From Eledone cirrhosa (lineage: Eukaryota): a stretch of DNA of 64,000 bases. How positions within the stretch are numbered: the stretch's first letter is position 1; each line of letters begins with the position of its first letter. The stretch covers positions 27,218,001-27,282,000 of the forward strand of contig OZ024761.1 in assembly GCA_964016885.1 (NCBI GenBank). The letters are read 5' to 3'. Below are positions 13,733-28,776 of the stretch, piece after piece. The notes beneath the pieces were generated by a model. It had not been told where the DNA came from and ran no database searches. It saw nothing but the letters and a program-made list of their open reading frames with translations. The position numbers and the translations under genes are program-made.

Positions 13733-14390
13733 AGGGCGGTGGATTGGCAGAATCGATAGAGCGTCGGTTACCTTGCTTCGCTTTATAGTTACGTCTCTTA
13801 ACGGTCTAAGTTCAAATCCCGCCGAGGTTAACTTTACCTTTCGTCCTTACGGGGGTCGATAAAATAAAGCACCAGTAATGTACTGGGGTCGATTTAATCG
13901 ACTTTCTCCTCGCCCCAAATTACTGGCCTTGTGCCTATACTAGAAACCATTATTTTGAGCAACTTCTTGAGGGTGGGGGATTGGCAGTATCGGTAAGACG
14001 TCGAACAACATGCTTTTCGGCATAGAGTTACGACACTTTCCCTTCTGAGTTCAAATCCTGTCGAGGTAAGCTTTACCTTTCATCATTACAGGGTTGATAC
14101 AATAAAGTACCAGTAACGTACTGGGGGTCGATTTAATCAACCACCCCTACAAATTAGTTGTTGGCATTGTGCCTAAATCAGAAACCATTAAAGGCGGTGG
14201 ATTGGCAGTATCGGTAGAGTGTCGGACGCCATGCTTTGCAGCATAGAGTTACGACATTTTACCTTCTGAGTTCAAATCCTGTCGAGGTAAGCTTTGACTT
14301 TCATCATTACAGGGTCGATAAAATAAAAGACCAGTAACATACTGGGGTCGATCCCTTGAAAATTGAGACCTTGTGCCAAATGTAGAAACA
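13733..14390 (+). mobile_element. Three tandem SINE copies; first has a 19-bp target-site duplication
   Basis: Each begins GG(C/T)GG(T/G)GGATTGGCAG and has a B box. CATTATTTTGAGCAACTTC occurs at 13714-13732 and 13948-13966. Confidence 0.9.
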
Positions 14391-14692
14391 GTTATTTTGA
14401 GCCACATCCGTTGTCGATTGGGCTTTCCAAGTAGGGCAATCGACGGGGTAGATTTTTTCCAGCTGGAACTTTTTGTTTCTATCCATCGGAGTCATGTACC
14501 TTTGAAGATTTCGTTTCTAGTTTCACTTTACACACACACACAGAAAAAAACATGCATACACACACATACACACACACATATACACACACACATACACACA
14601 AACATGATTTCTTTATGGTTAAATATTGTTCCATTATGGCCAATAGGCATATTTATATATTTGTATTTAATTCTATCTGCACACACACACAC

Positions 14693-14774
<82 letters not shown>

Positions 14775-14785
14775 CTATATCTATA

Positions 14786-14823
<38 letters not shown>

Positions 14824-14824
<1 letters not shown>

Positions 14825-14926
14825 AGTAATAATAATAAATTTGAAGACTAAAATCCAGAGAGGGCTCGATAAGCAGTGAAAGCAGCGATTCTTTGCTTAA
14901 ACTTTAATCTGTTATTTTAATAAATC
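14824..14926. mobile_element. Rearranged mini-fragment of the family C Penelope pLTR
   Basis: Inverted copy of the 2165-2213 terminus is joined to a sense copy of 2075-2125, between microsatellites. Confidence 0.7.
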
Positions 14927-14930
14927 TATA

Positions 14931-15009
<79 letters not shown>

Positions 15010-15151
15010 GCAAGTGCATATACGTACGTACATATATATCGACGAATAAGTATATATATAACTGCACATGCCTGCACATACACACACGTATATATATATA
15101 TATACATATGTATTCACATACATATATATACATGTATATATATGTTTATAA

Positions 15152-15305
<154 letters not shown>

Positions 15306-15547
15306 CAATCTATATATATATAATACTACAGACAGACAATACAATATCAGTTTATCAATCCAGGCAACAGAGCGACATCTACTGCTGCTGCTATGAACTA
15401 ACGTATTTAACATCATCAGATCGATCCATTAGTTACCTCTAGCTTTGGTCGGCAGATGTTTTCGGTTTTAGAAAACGTATTACTAGCAGCATTAAGTAGG
15501 AATCATCAAACGGTCAATATAGATGCTATATAAATATAGACAGAGAG

Positions 15548-15604
<57 letters not shown>

Positions 15605-15621
15605 ATAGATACACACAAATA

Positions 15622-15715
<94 letters not shown>

Positions 15716-16224
15716 TCTATATATGTATAAATACCATGCTGATAATGATAATATATATATATATATATATATATATGCATACGTCTATTTATCTATGTAT
15801 TTACTTATCTTTACCCACCTCCTCGTATATATATATACATATATATGTATGTATATATATATATAAATCTATATATATATATATATATAAATTTATACAT
15901 ATATATATATCTAATTATATGTATATATATATTTATACATATATATATATATAATTATATATATATATATATATATATTTATACATATATATATATATAA
16001 TTATATGTATATATATATATATTTATACATATATATTTATATATATATATATTTATACATATATATATATATAATTATATATATATATATATATATTTAT
16101 ACATATATATAAATATAATTATATGTATATATATATATTTATACATATATATTTATATATATATATATATTTATACATATACATATACATATATATATAT
16201 ATGTATATATTTATACATATACAT

Positions 16225-16303
<79 letters not shown>

Positions 16304-16827
16304 TACACACAGCAAGGCTTAGAAGGGAAATAAGAGAGATATTTTAAGTCTTCACGTTCCATCCTAAACCGATGTGACCTCACTTGCAAGTATGACTATG
16401 TAGTTCCTTCCATGCGGTCAGGAAAAAATAATGACCTATATCACTTTTTCTCTTCTCTCCTTCCATATTTTTCTGTTTCCTTTAATGGTTTTCCATTTGT
16501 AGAATTCCTTATTGTTGCCGTTATTAGTGTTTCTAGTTGTTGTCGTCGTCGTCGTCTTTCTTCTTCTTCTTCTTCTTCTTCTTCTTCTTCTTCTTCTTGC
16601 TGATGCAGTTGTTGTTGTTGTTGGTGTTCTCTGGTGATTTTTCCCATAAGGTTATCACTCCAGGGAACTTTGCTATTCTGTTTGAAACTCTGGTAAATGT
16701 AATAATGGAAACCTGGGAATTGTCGAACATTTTTATTTACAGAACCTTGCCCTTCATTCATACTCGACCAGGTTCCTATGTGATTCAGTTTGTATGCATG
16801 CCTTTCTAGATATACATGTGTGTGTGT

Positions 16828-16924
<97 letters not shown>

Positions 16925-17529
16925 CGCGTGAGGGCATATATATATATGCATGTATTTACTCATTCACTTATCAACCCACGTTTCTATCTACCTACTTAGT
17001 TAGCAACCTGTCTTATTTATGTATGTATGTATGTATGTATGTATGTATGTATGTATGTATGTATGTATGTATGTATGTATTATCTATCTATCTATCTATC
17101 TATCTATGTGTGCATGTATGTATGTATGCCTGTATCTATCTATGTATGTATGTCTGTGTGTATGTATGTATTTATGTATGTGTGTATGTATGTATGTATA
17201 CATGCATGTATGTATCTATCTATCTATCTATGTGTTTATGTATGTATGTATGTCTGTATCTATCTATGTATGTATGTCTGTGTGTATGTATATATTTATG
17301 TATGCATCTCTCTATGTATGTATGTATGTATGTATGTATGAGCTCACCTGTCTGTCTCAATCACTCGATAGGACAGTGTGTTTACTAACCCCATATATTT
17401 CTTGAAAATAGTCAGAATATTAAAGGCAAATAACAAATTATCATACTGTATTTGAAGATGATAACATCGTTTCTGACATCTTCGGTTCAACTAACCATCA
17501 TTTTAATTCGATATACATTGCATTAGTAA

Positions 17530-17720
17530 TATGGTGGATTGGTGTAACATTGGTGTAACAGTGTCGGATAAAATGCCATTGCGGTATATTTTCTATCTCT
17601 TTACATTCTGAGTTCAAATCCAACTGAAGTTAACGTTGTCTTTCCTCTGTGGTCACCAAAATAAAGTAGCAGTCAAGTACTAGTGATGATATAATCAACT
17701 TTGCCCCTATACCCAAATTA
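17530..17720 (+). mobile_element. Old diverged SINE
   Basis: ggtggattgg...ctgagttcaaatcc...aaaataaagtagcagtc. Confidence 0.7.
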
Positions 17721-17829
17721 TTCACAAACCTAGTCATGCTGGATGTAAACCTTAGCTTTGTGAGATATGTGGAAAATCTTTTGTCTCTAATAGTAATTTT
17801 ACTAACTCACGAAAGAACCCTCATAAGTC

Positions 17830-18162
17830 CCGTAACTCTTGATGGAGTCGTAGGGGCGCTGTAGTGGGATACGGCGTTTCTTGGGCATTTTAAAGCCTGG
17901 CGGAGCCCCTCTCCTCTCCAGGTCTAAGCACATCAGATTTCTTCCAGCGAAGAGTAGAGAGTGTGAAAAAGAGGAACAGAGAAATAGATATAGAGGAATA
18001 ATCGACCCCCAGTACTAGACTGGTACTTTTTTTTATATCGACCTCGAAAGAACGTAAGGCAAAGTTGATCTCAGCGGAATTTGAACTCAGGGAGCAGAGA
18101 GCCGGGACAAATACCGCAATGCATTCTATCCGACGTTCTAACGACTTTGCCAATCCTCTGCC
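17830..18162 (-). mobile_element. SINE subfamily with about 120-bp extra 3' tail (tail X)
   Basis: SINE core at 18000-18162 followed by tail ...CTGGAAGAAATCTG...CCTGGAGAGG...ACGACTCCATCAAGAGTTACG, shared with 18803-18920 and 61035-61110. Confidence 0.75.
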
Positions 18163-18802
18163 TAACAATAAAGAATATACACGAGAGAAAACGCCATTAC
18201 TGTGAAATATGCAGGGAAAACTTATATTAATAATTTTAATCTTGTTATCCACATGCTATATCACAGCGGAGAAACCATTTCATTGTGATAGACGACAGAA
18301 TCATTTCTGATAAACAGCCTTCTTAACAACACTCAAACGAATACACATTGAAGAACAACGGAATAGCGGTGAAATGTTTTGTCGAATTAAACAGACACGA
18401 ACGAATACAGACCGGAGAAAAGCCCTATCATTCTGAAATATGTGAGAAATCTTTTGTCAATAATAGAGACTGAGAAATTGCCCAGAGAAATGGAAGATAA
18501 TTGGAAGAAGTAATGGAGAAAAATATGTCTAACGGCAGAATTGAGTGATGGTCCAAGGGAAGGGGGAGATAATTTCACGAAGTCGTTTAAATAGAAATAT
18601 GTCGGTTTTACGACAGATTTAAGAATGTTTTAGAATTGAATTTAAATACCCAGGGGTTGTAGAGATATAAATAAATAAACAGGAGGAAAAAACATTGAGT
18701 GTGAGAAAACTACAAGTACTGCAGGTTTCAAGCAAATGCACCCTTCTCTCATGTACGTTTACATAAACATATAAATAGATGTTTATTTCGTTCGTTTTCT
18801 CA

Positions 18803-19251
18803 CGTAACCTCTGATGGAGTCGTAAAGGCGCCGCAGTATTATACGACTTTTCTTGGGCTTTTTAAAACCTGACGGTGCCCATTCCTCTCCAGGTCTGAAC
18901 ACAGCAGATTTCTTCCAGAGTAGGATAGAGAGTGAGATAAAGGAAGTGAGAAAGAGATATATAAGAAGAATCGCCCCAGTACTAGACTGACAATTTTTTT
19001 TATCGACCTCGAAAGGATGAAAGGCAAAGTTGACCTCAGCGGGATTTGAATTGAGAAAGCAGGAGTCTGGAACGAATACCGCAAAGAACTCTATCCGACG
19101 TTCTAACAACTCTGCCAATTTGCCGCCTTCTCTGGAAGAAATGTACTGTATTCAGGCCTGGAGAGGAGATGGGCTCCACCAGGTTATAAAAAATGCTCTA
19201 GAAACGCCGTATGTCAATATGGCGCCCTTACGACTCCTCAGGAGTTACGGG
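18803..19251 (-). mobile_element. Tail-X SINE with an inverted second tail copy at its 5' end
   Basis: 18803-18920 and 19130-19251 are diverged reverse complements flanking a minus-strand SINE core. Confidence 0.7.
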
Positions 19252-19257
19252 TTCACA

Positions 19258-19335
<78 letters not shown>

Positions 19336-19340
19336 GTATA

Positions 19341-20118
19341 TATATCAACTAGAAATTGATTGACATATATCTATATCTAAAATAAACACATGAAACAATT
19401 TTAGATATATATAAATGTCAATCAATTTCTAGTTGATATAAAATGCTCGGATCTATTCATTGGAATCTTTGAGCATATTCTACAGTGGATATGGCGCATG
19501 TCTCTAGGACATGACACCCTTAATTTAATTTTGGATATAAATATATATATATATAAACGTTTGTATTTGTAAAGTCAAAATAATGCAGGTATGGATATAG
19601 AATATAAATGCAAATGCAAAAGATATTGTTGACAATTAAGGATATTTAAATAAATTTAAGGTAAAAGACTAATTGTCAACAATATCTTTTGCATTTGCAT
19701 TTATATTCTATATCCATACCTGCATTGTTTTGGCTTTACAAATAGAAACGTTTATACCTCATTACACAATGCTTCAAGTGAACTATAACTTCCTCCTTAT
19801 ATATATATTTATATATACAAGTTAATATAAATTAATATATATGATAAACACTAATACAATCATATAATTTATATGGGTTTTGAAGTTTAAACTTATTTAC
19901 GGAACAGGTTCGGATTTTGAAATTTAAATTTGTCCAAGTACCACGGCTATTGCCAATATGGGTTTGTTTTTATTGATTTATTATTTTAAATCGAGACAGG
20001 CAAACTGTATTAATCTAATTAGTATTTTTCAATCTAGCTAACTTGGTCATTTACAATACAAACACTTATATGATTGTATTAGTGTTTATCATATATATTA
20101 ATTTATATTAACTTGTAT
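19341..20118. repeat. Three consecutive inverted-repeat islands (19341-19440, 19552-19756, 19815-20118)
   Basis: Arms of about 42, 87 and 53 bp. Each island starts at a short (AT)n. Confidence 0.85.
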
Positions 20119-20183
20119 TTCACGGCTCAGAAATACTTCTTTCTTTGAGCTATTTAATTGTAAAAGACTGTTTGAGTTTATAA

Positions 20184-20271
<88 letters not shown>

Positions 20272-20447
20272 TAAATAAATAAATAAATGCCATTGTTAAT
20301 TAATAAATAAATCAACTAATACCTTAACACTTCACACAAAGTAAAATATTTCGTTTTAATCATTTTCTAACCCAGAAAAAAGAGAGAAATAAATAAAAAG
20401 GGAAAAAGATATATTTTTCTTCCTAATAATCGTCTTTTTCTCCCTGT

Positions 20448-20479
<32 letters not shown>

Positions 20480-20806
20480 TGCATTACTTAATCCGGTTGT
20501 TTGACTTCTGAGTTCAATTCTCGCCGGGGTAAATTTGTCTTTCATTCTTCTGTGACTGATAAATAAAGTAGCAACCCAGAGAAGTGGTCTGGCGGCAACG
20601 AAAGAGGGCCGGAAGAAATGCCTTGTGGTATTTGTTCTAGCTCATTACGTTCTGAGTTCAAAATTCCGCCGTACCTTCCCGACCACCCTGGAAAGGGATG
20701 GAAACCTCACCATGTACATTCACACGCGCACACGCACCCACATGTAGTTTACCATGGATCGCTTTTAAAGAGAGAAGACGATTGATGATGATGGTGATGG
20801 TGATGG

Positions 20807-20838
<32 letters not shown>

Positions 20839-20842
20839 GTTG

Positions 20843-21455
20843 TTGGCAGTATCGGTAGAGCGTCAGACACGATGCTTTGCAGCAGAGAGTTATGGCTCTT
20901 TACATTCTGAGTTTAAATCCCGCCGAGGTTAACTTAGATTTTCATCCTTACGGGGTCGTAAAATAAAATACCAATCAGGCAATGGGGTCGATTTAATCGA
21001 CTTTCCCCTCCCTCAAATTACTGGCCTTGTGCCTAAATCAGAAACCATTATTTCTTTAGGGCGGGCAGTGGATTGGCAGTATTGGTAGAGGGTCGGACGC
21101 CATGCTTGGCAGCATAGAGTTACGCCCCTTTCTGGTCTGAGTTCAAATCCCGTCGAGGTTAACTTTGCCTTTCATCGTTAGGGGGGTCGAAAAATAAAGT
21201 ACGAACTAATGCACTGGGATAATTGCTGGCCTTGTGCCAAAAGTAGAAATAATTATAGTAATAATGGTTTCTTATATAGGCATAAGGCCAGTAATTTGGG
21301 GGGAGGGGAAAGTCGATTAAATCGACCCCAGTGCGTGACTGGTACTTTATTTTATCGACCCCATAATGATGAAAGGCAAAGTTAACCTCGGAGGGATTTG
21401 AACTCAGATCACGAAGGGCCATAACTCTATGCTGCAAAGCGTGGTGTCTGACGCT
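20843..21455. mobile_element. SINE cluster: two plus-strand copies and one minus-strand copy, tail to tail
   Basis: A and B boxes and central domain are visible. Weaker fragments lie at 20490-20670. Confidence 0.9.
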
Positions 21456-22309
21456 AATCCCGCATAAGTCAGCTACACATTTTTAGGATTCCAAATTATT
21501 TATGGCTATCTCTTCCGAAGATGAGCAACACGAACTCATTGAAGTAAATGATTCAGTTTCACTTCATTTGGAAATATAGAATCGCCTGCTTACCCCTATT
21601 TGCGAACTCAATCCAAATTAACTCTTCTGAACGTGGAAGAAAAAAACGTGGAAGAACAAAACGAAATAAAAAGAGTAATTACATATAAAATCACCCCAAC
21701 TCCCCCACCTATCCCCCCAAAAAACGAAAAATAATCAGTTACATTTAATTGCTCTATCGGATTGAATTAAAAAAAAAATATTTTCACTAAATCTTTTAAA
21801 TTCAATTACATATTAAAATAGAAAAGAAAAAGCAAAACTATAATCTAATTATTATCCAATTTGGTGTTTTTTAACCCCTGGCCAGTTGTTATTAAGATTA
21901 ATTATATAAATTGTGATATTGTTATAGTTTTGTTCAATAGATGCCAATACTGAAATGTGGAGACGGTCTGTGACGTTGACAAATCAATGAAGGTAGCACA
22001 ACATCGTTCGTTAGCTGTAAGGTGTGTGTGGGGTGGGGGTGGTGGTGGTGGTGGTGGCTGTGTGAGAAGGGAAGTGGAAGAGTTGTTAGAACGTCCGACA
22101 AAAAACTACCCTGTGTGTTTTATTTGTTCAGATAGATGTTTTATTTGTTCGATTAACCCCTATCTCCTCTTACCCATCCTAAGCGAGGCCGAATTTGAAA
22201 AATTGATTCTTTCACAGTCGATAAATAAAACAACAGGTCGCGAATCAGCAGAATCGTTAGGATGTCGGATAGAAAGTTTTACGGTTTTTGTCCCGGCTCT
22301 CTGCTGTGC

Positions 22310-23051
22310 TCTCTGATTTCAAATATCGACTATACCAATCTACCACCCTTATTTAGCCTGTGATTTTGGGGTTTCTACGCTCGCTGATTTGAAATGCCGA
22401 CTCTACAAATCTACTGCCCATATTTAGCCTTTGATTTTGGGGTTTCTACGCTCTCTGATTTGAAATACCGACCCTACAAATCTATTGCCCTCATTTAGCT
22501 TGTGATTTGGGGGTTTCTACGCTCGCTGATTTGAAATACTTACTCTACAAATCTACTGCCCTTATTTAGCCTGTGATTTTGGGGTTTCTACGCTCTCTGA
22601 TTTGATATACCGACCCTACAAATCTATTGCCCTTATTTAGCCTGTGGTTTGGGGGTTTCTACACTCTCTGATTTGAAATACTTACTATACACATCTACTG
22701 CCCTTATTTAGCCTGTGATTTTGGGGTTTCTACGCTCTCTGATTTGAAATACCGACCCTACAAATCTATTGCCCTCATTTAGCCTGTGGTTTTGGGGTTT
22801 CTACACTCTCTGATTTGAAATACTTTCTCTACAAATGTACTGCCCTTATTTAGCCTGTGATTTTGGGGTTTCTACGCTCTCTGATTTGAAATACCGACTC
22901 TACCAATATACTACCCTTATCTAACCTGCATTTTTTTTGGAGGCGGGGGGGGGGGGGGGGGGGAGGGTCTAAGCTCTCTGATTTGAAATACCGATTCTAC
23001 AAATCTATTGCCCTTATCTAGCCTATGATTTTGGGGTTGCTACGCTCTCTG
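22310..23051. repeat. About 71-bp minisatellite, about 10 copies, with alternating A/B variants
   Basis: Unit CTCTCTGATTTGAAATACCGACCCTACAAATCTATTGCCCTTATTTAGCCTGTGATTTTGGGGTTTCTACG. Confidence 0.92.
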
Positions 23052-23142
23052 AGAACCACAGTTCGTGTCTTGTTAGCCACTGGTTTTACTGTATCTACTG
23101 TATTTATCCTATATCTATCTATCTGTCTATCTATCCATATTT

Positions 23143-23512
23143 ATGTCTGTCTGCCAGTCTGTCTATATATCTATACATCATATACATACATATACATACA
23201 CACATACATAAATTCATACATTCGTACATGCTTACATATAAAAACAATACATACACATTATGCATAGATTTAGTAAAGAGGGGTGAGGATAATTAATTAT
23301 TTCTTAATCATAAATCATTAAATACTAATTAATCATTGAACAAAAGTCATCAATTAATTACTAATAATTAGTCTGGTGGAGATAGAAAATAAAATATTTC
23401 GTGTTGAAAATCCGTACCATTGTCAAAAAACTTTTTGGCGTTGTAAATTAAAAACCGGAAGTTAGTAAATCTGGAGAGTATTATGAATAGGGAGATAACT
23501 AAGCTATAAATA
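23143..23512 (+). repeat. About 370-bp dispersed repeat; inverted copy at 28400-28776
   Basis: For example AAAACCGGAAGTTAGTAA...GGGAGATAACTAAGCTATAAAT versus ATTTATAGCTTAGTTATCTCCC...TTACTAACTTCCGGTTTT. Confidence 0.85.
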
Positions 23513-23680
23513 GATCCAGGATGAGGTCAAAAGAATGTGTGTGTGTGTGTGTGTGTGTAAGGGAAGAGGATATATGCAGGTGAAACATTGTACACACACA
23601 CGTATACACAAGTTTCATGCAAGCATATACTCTGACGTACCAAAAGGTAAAATGCGTGTACGTAGATATCCACACGCGCA

Positions 23681-23724
<44 letters not shown>

Positions 23725-23917
23725 TGTGTTTTGTATATACATACATACACACACATATATATATATCCAGGGAGTGTAACTTGGGGTTACTGTAGGTTCA
23801 CCTGGGTGAGCACTCGATGTTTAGGTTCACCTTGAGCTGATCAGAGGCGAAATGCGCGTCACCAACCAATAAACGTCCTTGTTATTTTATTTCACTATAT
23901 ATATATATATATATATA

Positions 23918-24200
23918 TGCAAAAGTTCTATTTAAATTGTTGGGATACAACAAGCAAATATTTTTATAACTGATATAAAGCACTCGACAAGTATTTGGAG
24001 TAAATATACGATATTAACAAATGGAAACTACATTTATAAAACCATATCTATTTTATTATACATATTTCAAGGATACCATGTTAAATTATGGTACGCTTTC
24101 ATCAGAGAAAATACAATATATACCAGTTTTATAAATAAATATTGACATACCCTTTCAAAATGCAACCGTTACTTTTGGAAGACATCAGGATGTCTTCCAA
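23918..24200 (-). mobile_element. Family A pLTR fragment with hammerhead (24049-24113) and terminal 12-bp hairpin
   Basis: Reverse complement: CTGATGA AAG C GTACCAT aatttaac ATGGTAT C CTT GAAA TATGTATA ATAAAATA. TTGGAAGACATC-AG-GATGTCTTCCAA at 24175-24200. Confidence 0.75.
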
Positions 24201-25582
24201 TTTGAACTCAGATCGTAAAGGGACGTAACTATGCTGGAAAGCATGGCGTCCGACCCTCTACCGATACTGCCAATCCACCGCCCTTATATATATATAAATA
24301 ATGTATGTTCATACACAGTACAAAAAACACTATGCTAGGTTCCAAATGTCCGGTTATTGTCCAATTATGGCCATCTTATTGCACATACGTCAGATTGTGC
24401 AAATAGATGGAAAAAAAGCGATCAAATTTGTAACCACCAAGACTGCGTAAATGTGTATATAACTGTAAACATTAAATATAAAGACATGGATTCATGTTAA
24501 ATCTAGGTAAGTTGAAAACAAAATTAGTAAATTTCTTAATAGATCTTTCTTTTTTGTAATCCTTATTGGGGTTTCATCAGAAAATATGTACGCCATGCAA
24601 TCGCATGGCGTACATATTCAACTGTAAGGAATCCTTATGAATGACGCCAGATATAATCTAATCACTGAGATGGATGTACTGAATAGTATATTACTAGCAT
24701 ACACACACAAACACAGACACATACACACGCATATATACATACATGTACATACACACAGGCACAGACACACGCACATATACATATACACACATACACGTAC
24801 ATACATACAGGCATATATATACACATACATGTACATTCACGCACACGCACATATATATATATATATATATATTCACGTATACACATATGCACTCATACAT
24901 ACACACGCACATACATAGAAGAAAATATATATATATATATATATACACAGACACGTACATGTATACACGCATACCTACACGCACGCATACACACACACAT
25001 CTATATATAAACACATGCACACACACATATATATATATACACATACACACGCACACATACATACATACAAGCAAATATATATATATATATACAAACACAC
25101 GCACACGCACATACATACACGCACACATACACACACACACACATATATATATAAACACACACACATATGCATATAAACACACACACGCACATATATATAC
25201 ACACATACACACATACACACATACACACATACACACACACGCACATACACACACACGCACATATACACGCAAATATATATATATATATACACACACACAG
25301 ACATGTATACATAGATATACGCACACATACACATGCACACACACACAGACGCACATATACAAGCAAATATACACACACACACATGCATATAAACACACAC
25401 ACGCACATATATATACACACATACGCATGCACACATACACACATACACACACACGCACATACACACACACGCACATATACACGCAAATATATATATATAT
25501 ATACACACACACAGACATGTATATATAGATATACGCACACATACACATGCACACACACAGACGCACATATACAAGCAAATAT

Positions 25583-25621
<39 letters not shown>

Positions 25622-25639
25622 CACACGTACACGCACACA

Positions 25640-25725
<86 letters not shown>

Positions 25726-25779
25726 CACACACAAACTCAAACATGTGTCAGTAAAGATATGTATACAATATACAGCTAT

Positions 25780-26520
25780 AATAATTGTTTCTACTTTTGG
25801 CACAAGGCCAGCAATTACCCCAGTGCATTACTGGTACTTTATTTTATCGACCCCGTAAGGATGAAAGGCAAAGTTAACCTCGACGGGATTTGAACTCAGA
25901 TCATAAAGGGCCGTAACTCTATGCTGCAAAGCATGGCGTCCGACCCTCTACCGATACTGCCAATCCATAATAATAATGGTTTCTTATATAGTCACAAGGC
26001 CAGCAATTTGGGGGGGGGGGGAGAAAGTCGATTAAATCGACCCCAGTGCGTTACTGGTACTTTATTTTATCGACCCCCGTTGAGGATGAAAGGCAGATAT
26101 AATAATATTATATACATTCAGGGCGGTGGATTGGCAGTATCGGTAGAGGGTCGGACGCCATGTTTTCCAGCATAGTTACGTCCCTATACGGTCTGAGTTC
26201 AAATCCCGCCGAGGTTGACTTTGCCTTTCATCCTTACGGGGTCGATAAAATAAAGTACCAGTCACGCACTGGGGTCGATTTAAGCGATTTTTCCCCTCCC
26301 ACAAAAAAATTACTGGCGATTGGAAACAATTATTATTATTATCATTTGACCTCCCTTTACGATCTGAGTTCAAATCCCGCCGAGGTTGACGTCCCTTTAC
26401 GATCTGAGTTCAAATCCTGCCGAGGTTAACTTTGCCTTTCATCCTTACGGGGTCGATAAAATAAAGTACCAGTAATGCACTGGGTGATTGCTGGCCTTGT
26501 GCCTAAAGTAGAAACAATTA
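25780..26520. mobile_element. SINE cluster (two minus-strand, two plus-strand copies, some truncated)
   Basis: Repeated SINE consensus with a short internal duplication at 26350-26425. Confidence 0.9.
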
Positions 26521-26859
26521 TATATATTCATCTAAATCTGTGCAAACACGAGTGTATGTGATATATCACATATAGAACACATTTTCAACCATTGTCACTT
26601 AGATACACATATACACATATACACGCACACAATATACCATTCCTATTCATATACACGCACAATGCATACACACTGAAGCATAACACATATATATATATAT
26701 ATATTATATATTATATATATATGTATATATATGTATATATATATACATATATGTATATATACATTTATATATATATATAGATAGGAACGATCGACTTTCG
26801 TCAAATCGGACCGAGGGAACAATGTTTCCTTTGGTCTTTCCAATTGCTAATACTATCTA

Positions 26860-26996
26860 TCGGTCGCAACTCCAGGTAGAAGGAGCAACGTGAAATAAAG
26901 TGTCTTGCTCAAGGACATAACGCATCGCCTGGTCCAGGAATCGAACTCACAACCTTACGATTGCGAATCCAATTCCTTAACCACTCAGCCACACGC
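26860..26996 (-). mobile_element. Second tRNA-derived SINE family, 5' part
   Basis: Reverse complement: GGCGTGTGGCTGAGTGGTTAAGG...GAGTTCGATTCCTGGACC...GTCCTTGAGCAAGACACTT. Confidence 0.8.
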
Positions 26997-27003
26997 CTAT
27001 ATG

Positions 27004-27286
<283 letters not shown>

Positions 27287-27360
27287 CGTTATTCCGGGTT
27301 GAATCGGAGGTAACCACAGTAAGTAAGGTACTCAATACATATATATATATATATATATAT

Positions 27361-27707
<347 letters not shown>

Positions 27708-27989
27708 CAGTAATAATAATAAATACGAAGTCTAAAATCCATATATTTGATATATATATATATATAAATATATACACACACATATATATGATGTATGGAT
27801 GTGTCTGTATGAACATAAGTATGCATATGTCTATGTATATATCCGGTATGTATCTATTGAACTATATTTGTGTGTATGAATCGGAATATTTATGAATAAT
27901 TTCATACACTTGTATTTGTTCTCTGCACACTCAAGGGATCTGTCATTTTGGAAAGTATGAAAGTGTAAATGCATATGACTGGAATTTAC

Positions 27990-28024
<35 letters not shown>

Positions 28025-28192
28025 TGTATATGTATATATATATTTATGTATCTATATATATATGTGTATATGCATATATATATATATAAATACATTCAGG
28101 TGAATCTCTTTGAATGTTTGTGCATGGGTGAAGGCAGATTTATGTATGCATCTGTGATTCTATGCACTTTTACAAGTGTCTATTAGAGAAAT

Positions 28193-28240
<48 letters not shown>

Positions 28241-28399
28241 CACACACACATACACATAAATGCAGATATACTTGTAATCGTTAGTCTATGTGTATGTGTC
28301 TTGCTTTCCTGTGTCGATGTGTATATATATATATATATACATACACACACAGAGACACACACATATATGTGTGTGTGTATGAATGTATGTGTGCATAAT

Positions 28400-28776
28400 T
28401 ATTTATAGCTTAGTTATCTCCCTATTCATAATACTCTCCATACTTACTAACTTCCGGTTTTTACGTTACAACGCCAAAAGGTTTTTTGATAAAGGTACGA
28501 AGTTTCAACACGAAATATTCTGTTTTCTATCTCCACCAGACTAATTATTAATAATTAATTGATGATTTTTGTTCAATGATTAATTAGTATGTAATGATTT
28601 ATGATTAAGAAATAATTAATTATCTTCACCCCTCTTTACTAAATCTATGCATAATGTGTACGTATTGTTTTAATATGTAAGCATGTACGTATGTATGTAT
28701 TTATGTATGTATGTGTGTGTGTGTGTATGTATGTATATGATGTATAGATATATAGACAGACTGGCAGACAGACATA
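28400..28776 (-). repeat. Inverted copy of the 23143-23512 repeat
   Basis: Reverse-complement match with scattered substitutions. Confidence 0.85.

Noticed and set aside
13733-13950. tRNA genes at A/B box matches
   Set aside because: The boxes belong to SINE heads followed by SINE body and tail. No cloverleaf was seen.
22310-23051. CRISPR-like regular array
   Set aside because: Units are contiguous with no unique spacers, the context is eukaryotic, and there are no cas genes.
24530-24582. Additional hammerhead next to the 24583-24618 hairpin
   Set aside because: CTGATGA is present on the minus strand, but GAAA is displaced by an A-run and the stems are poor, so it was not counted.
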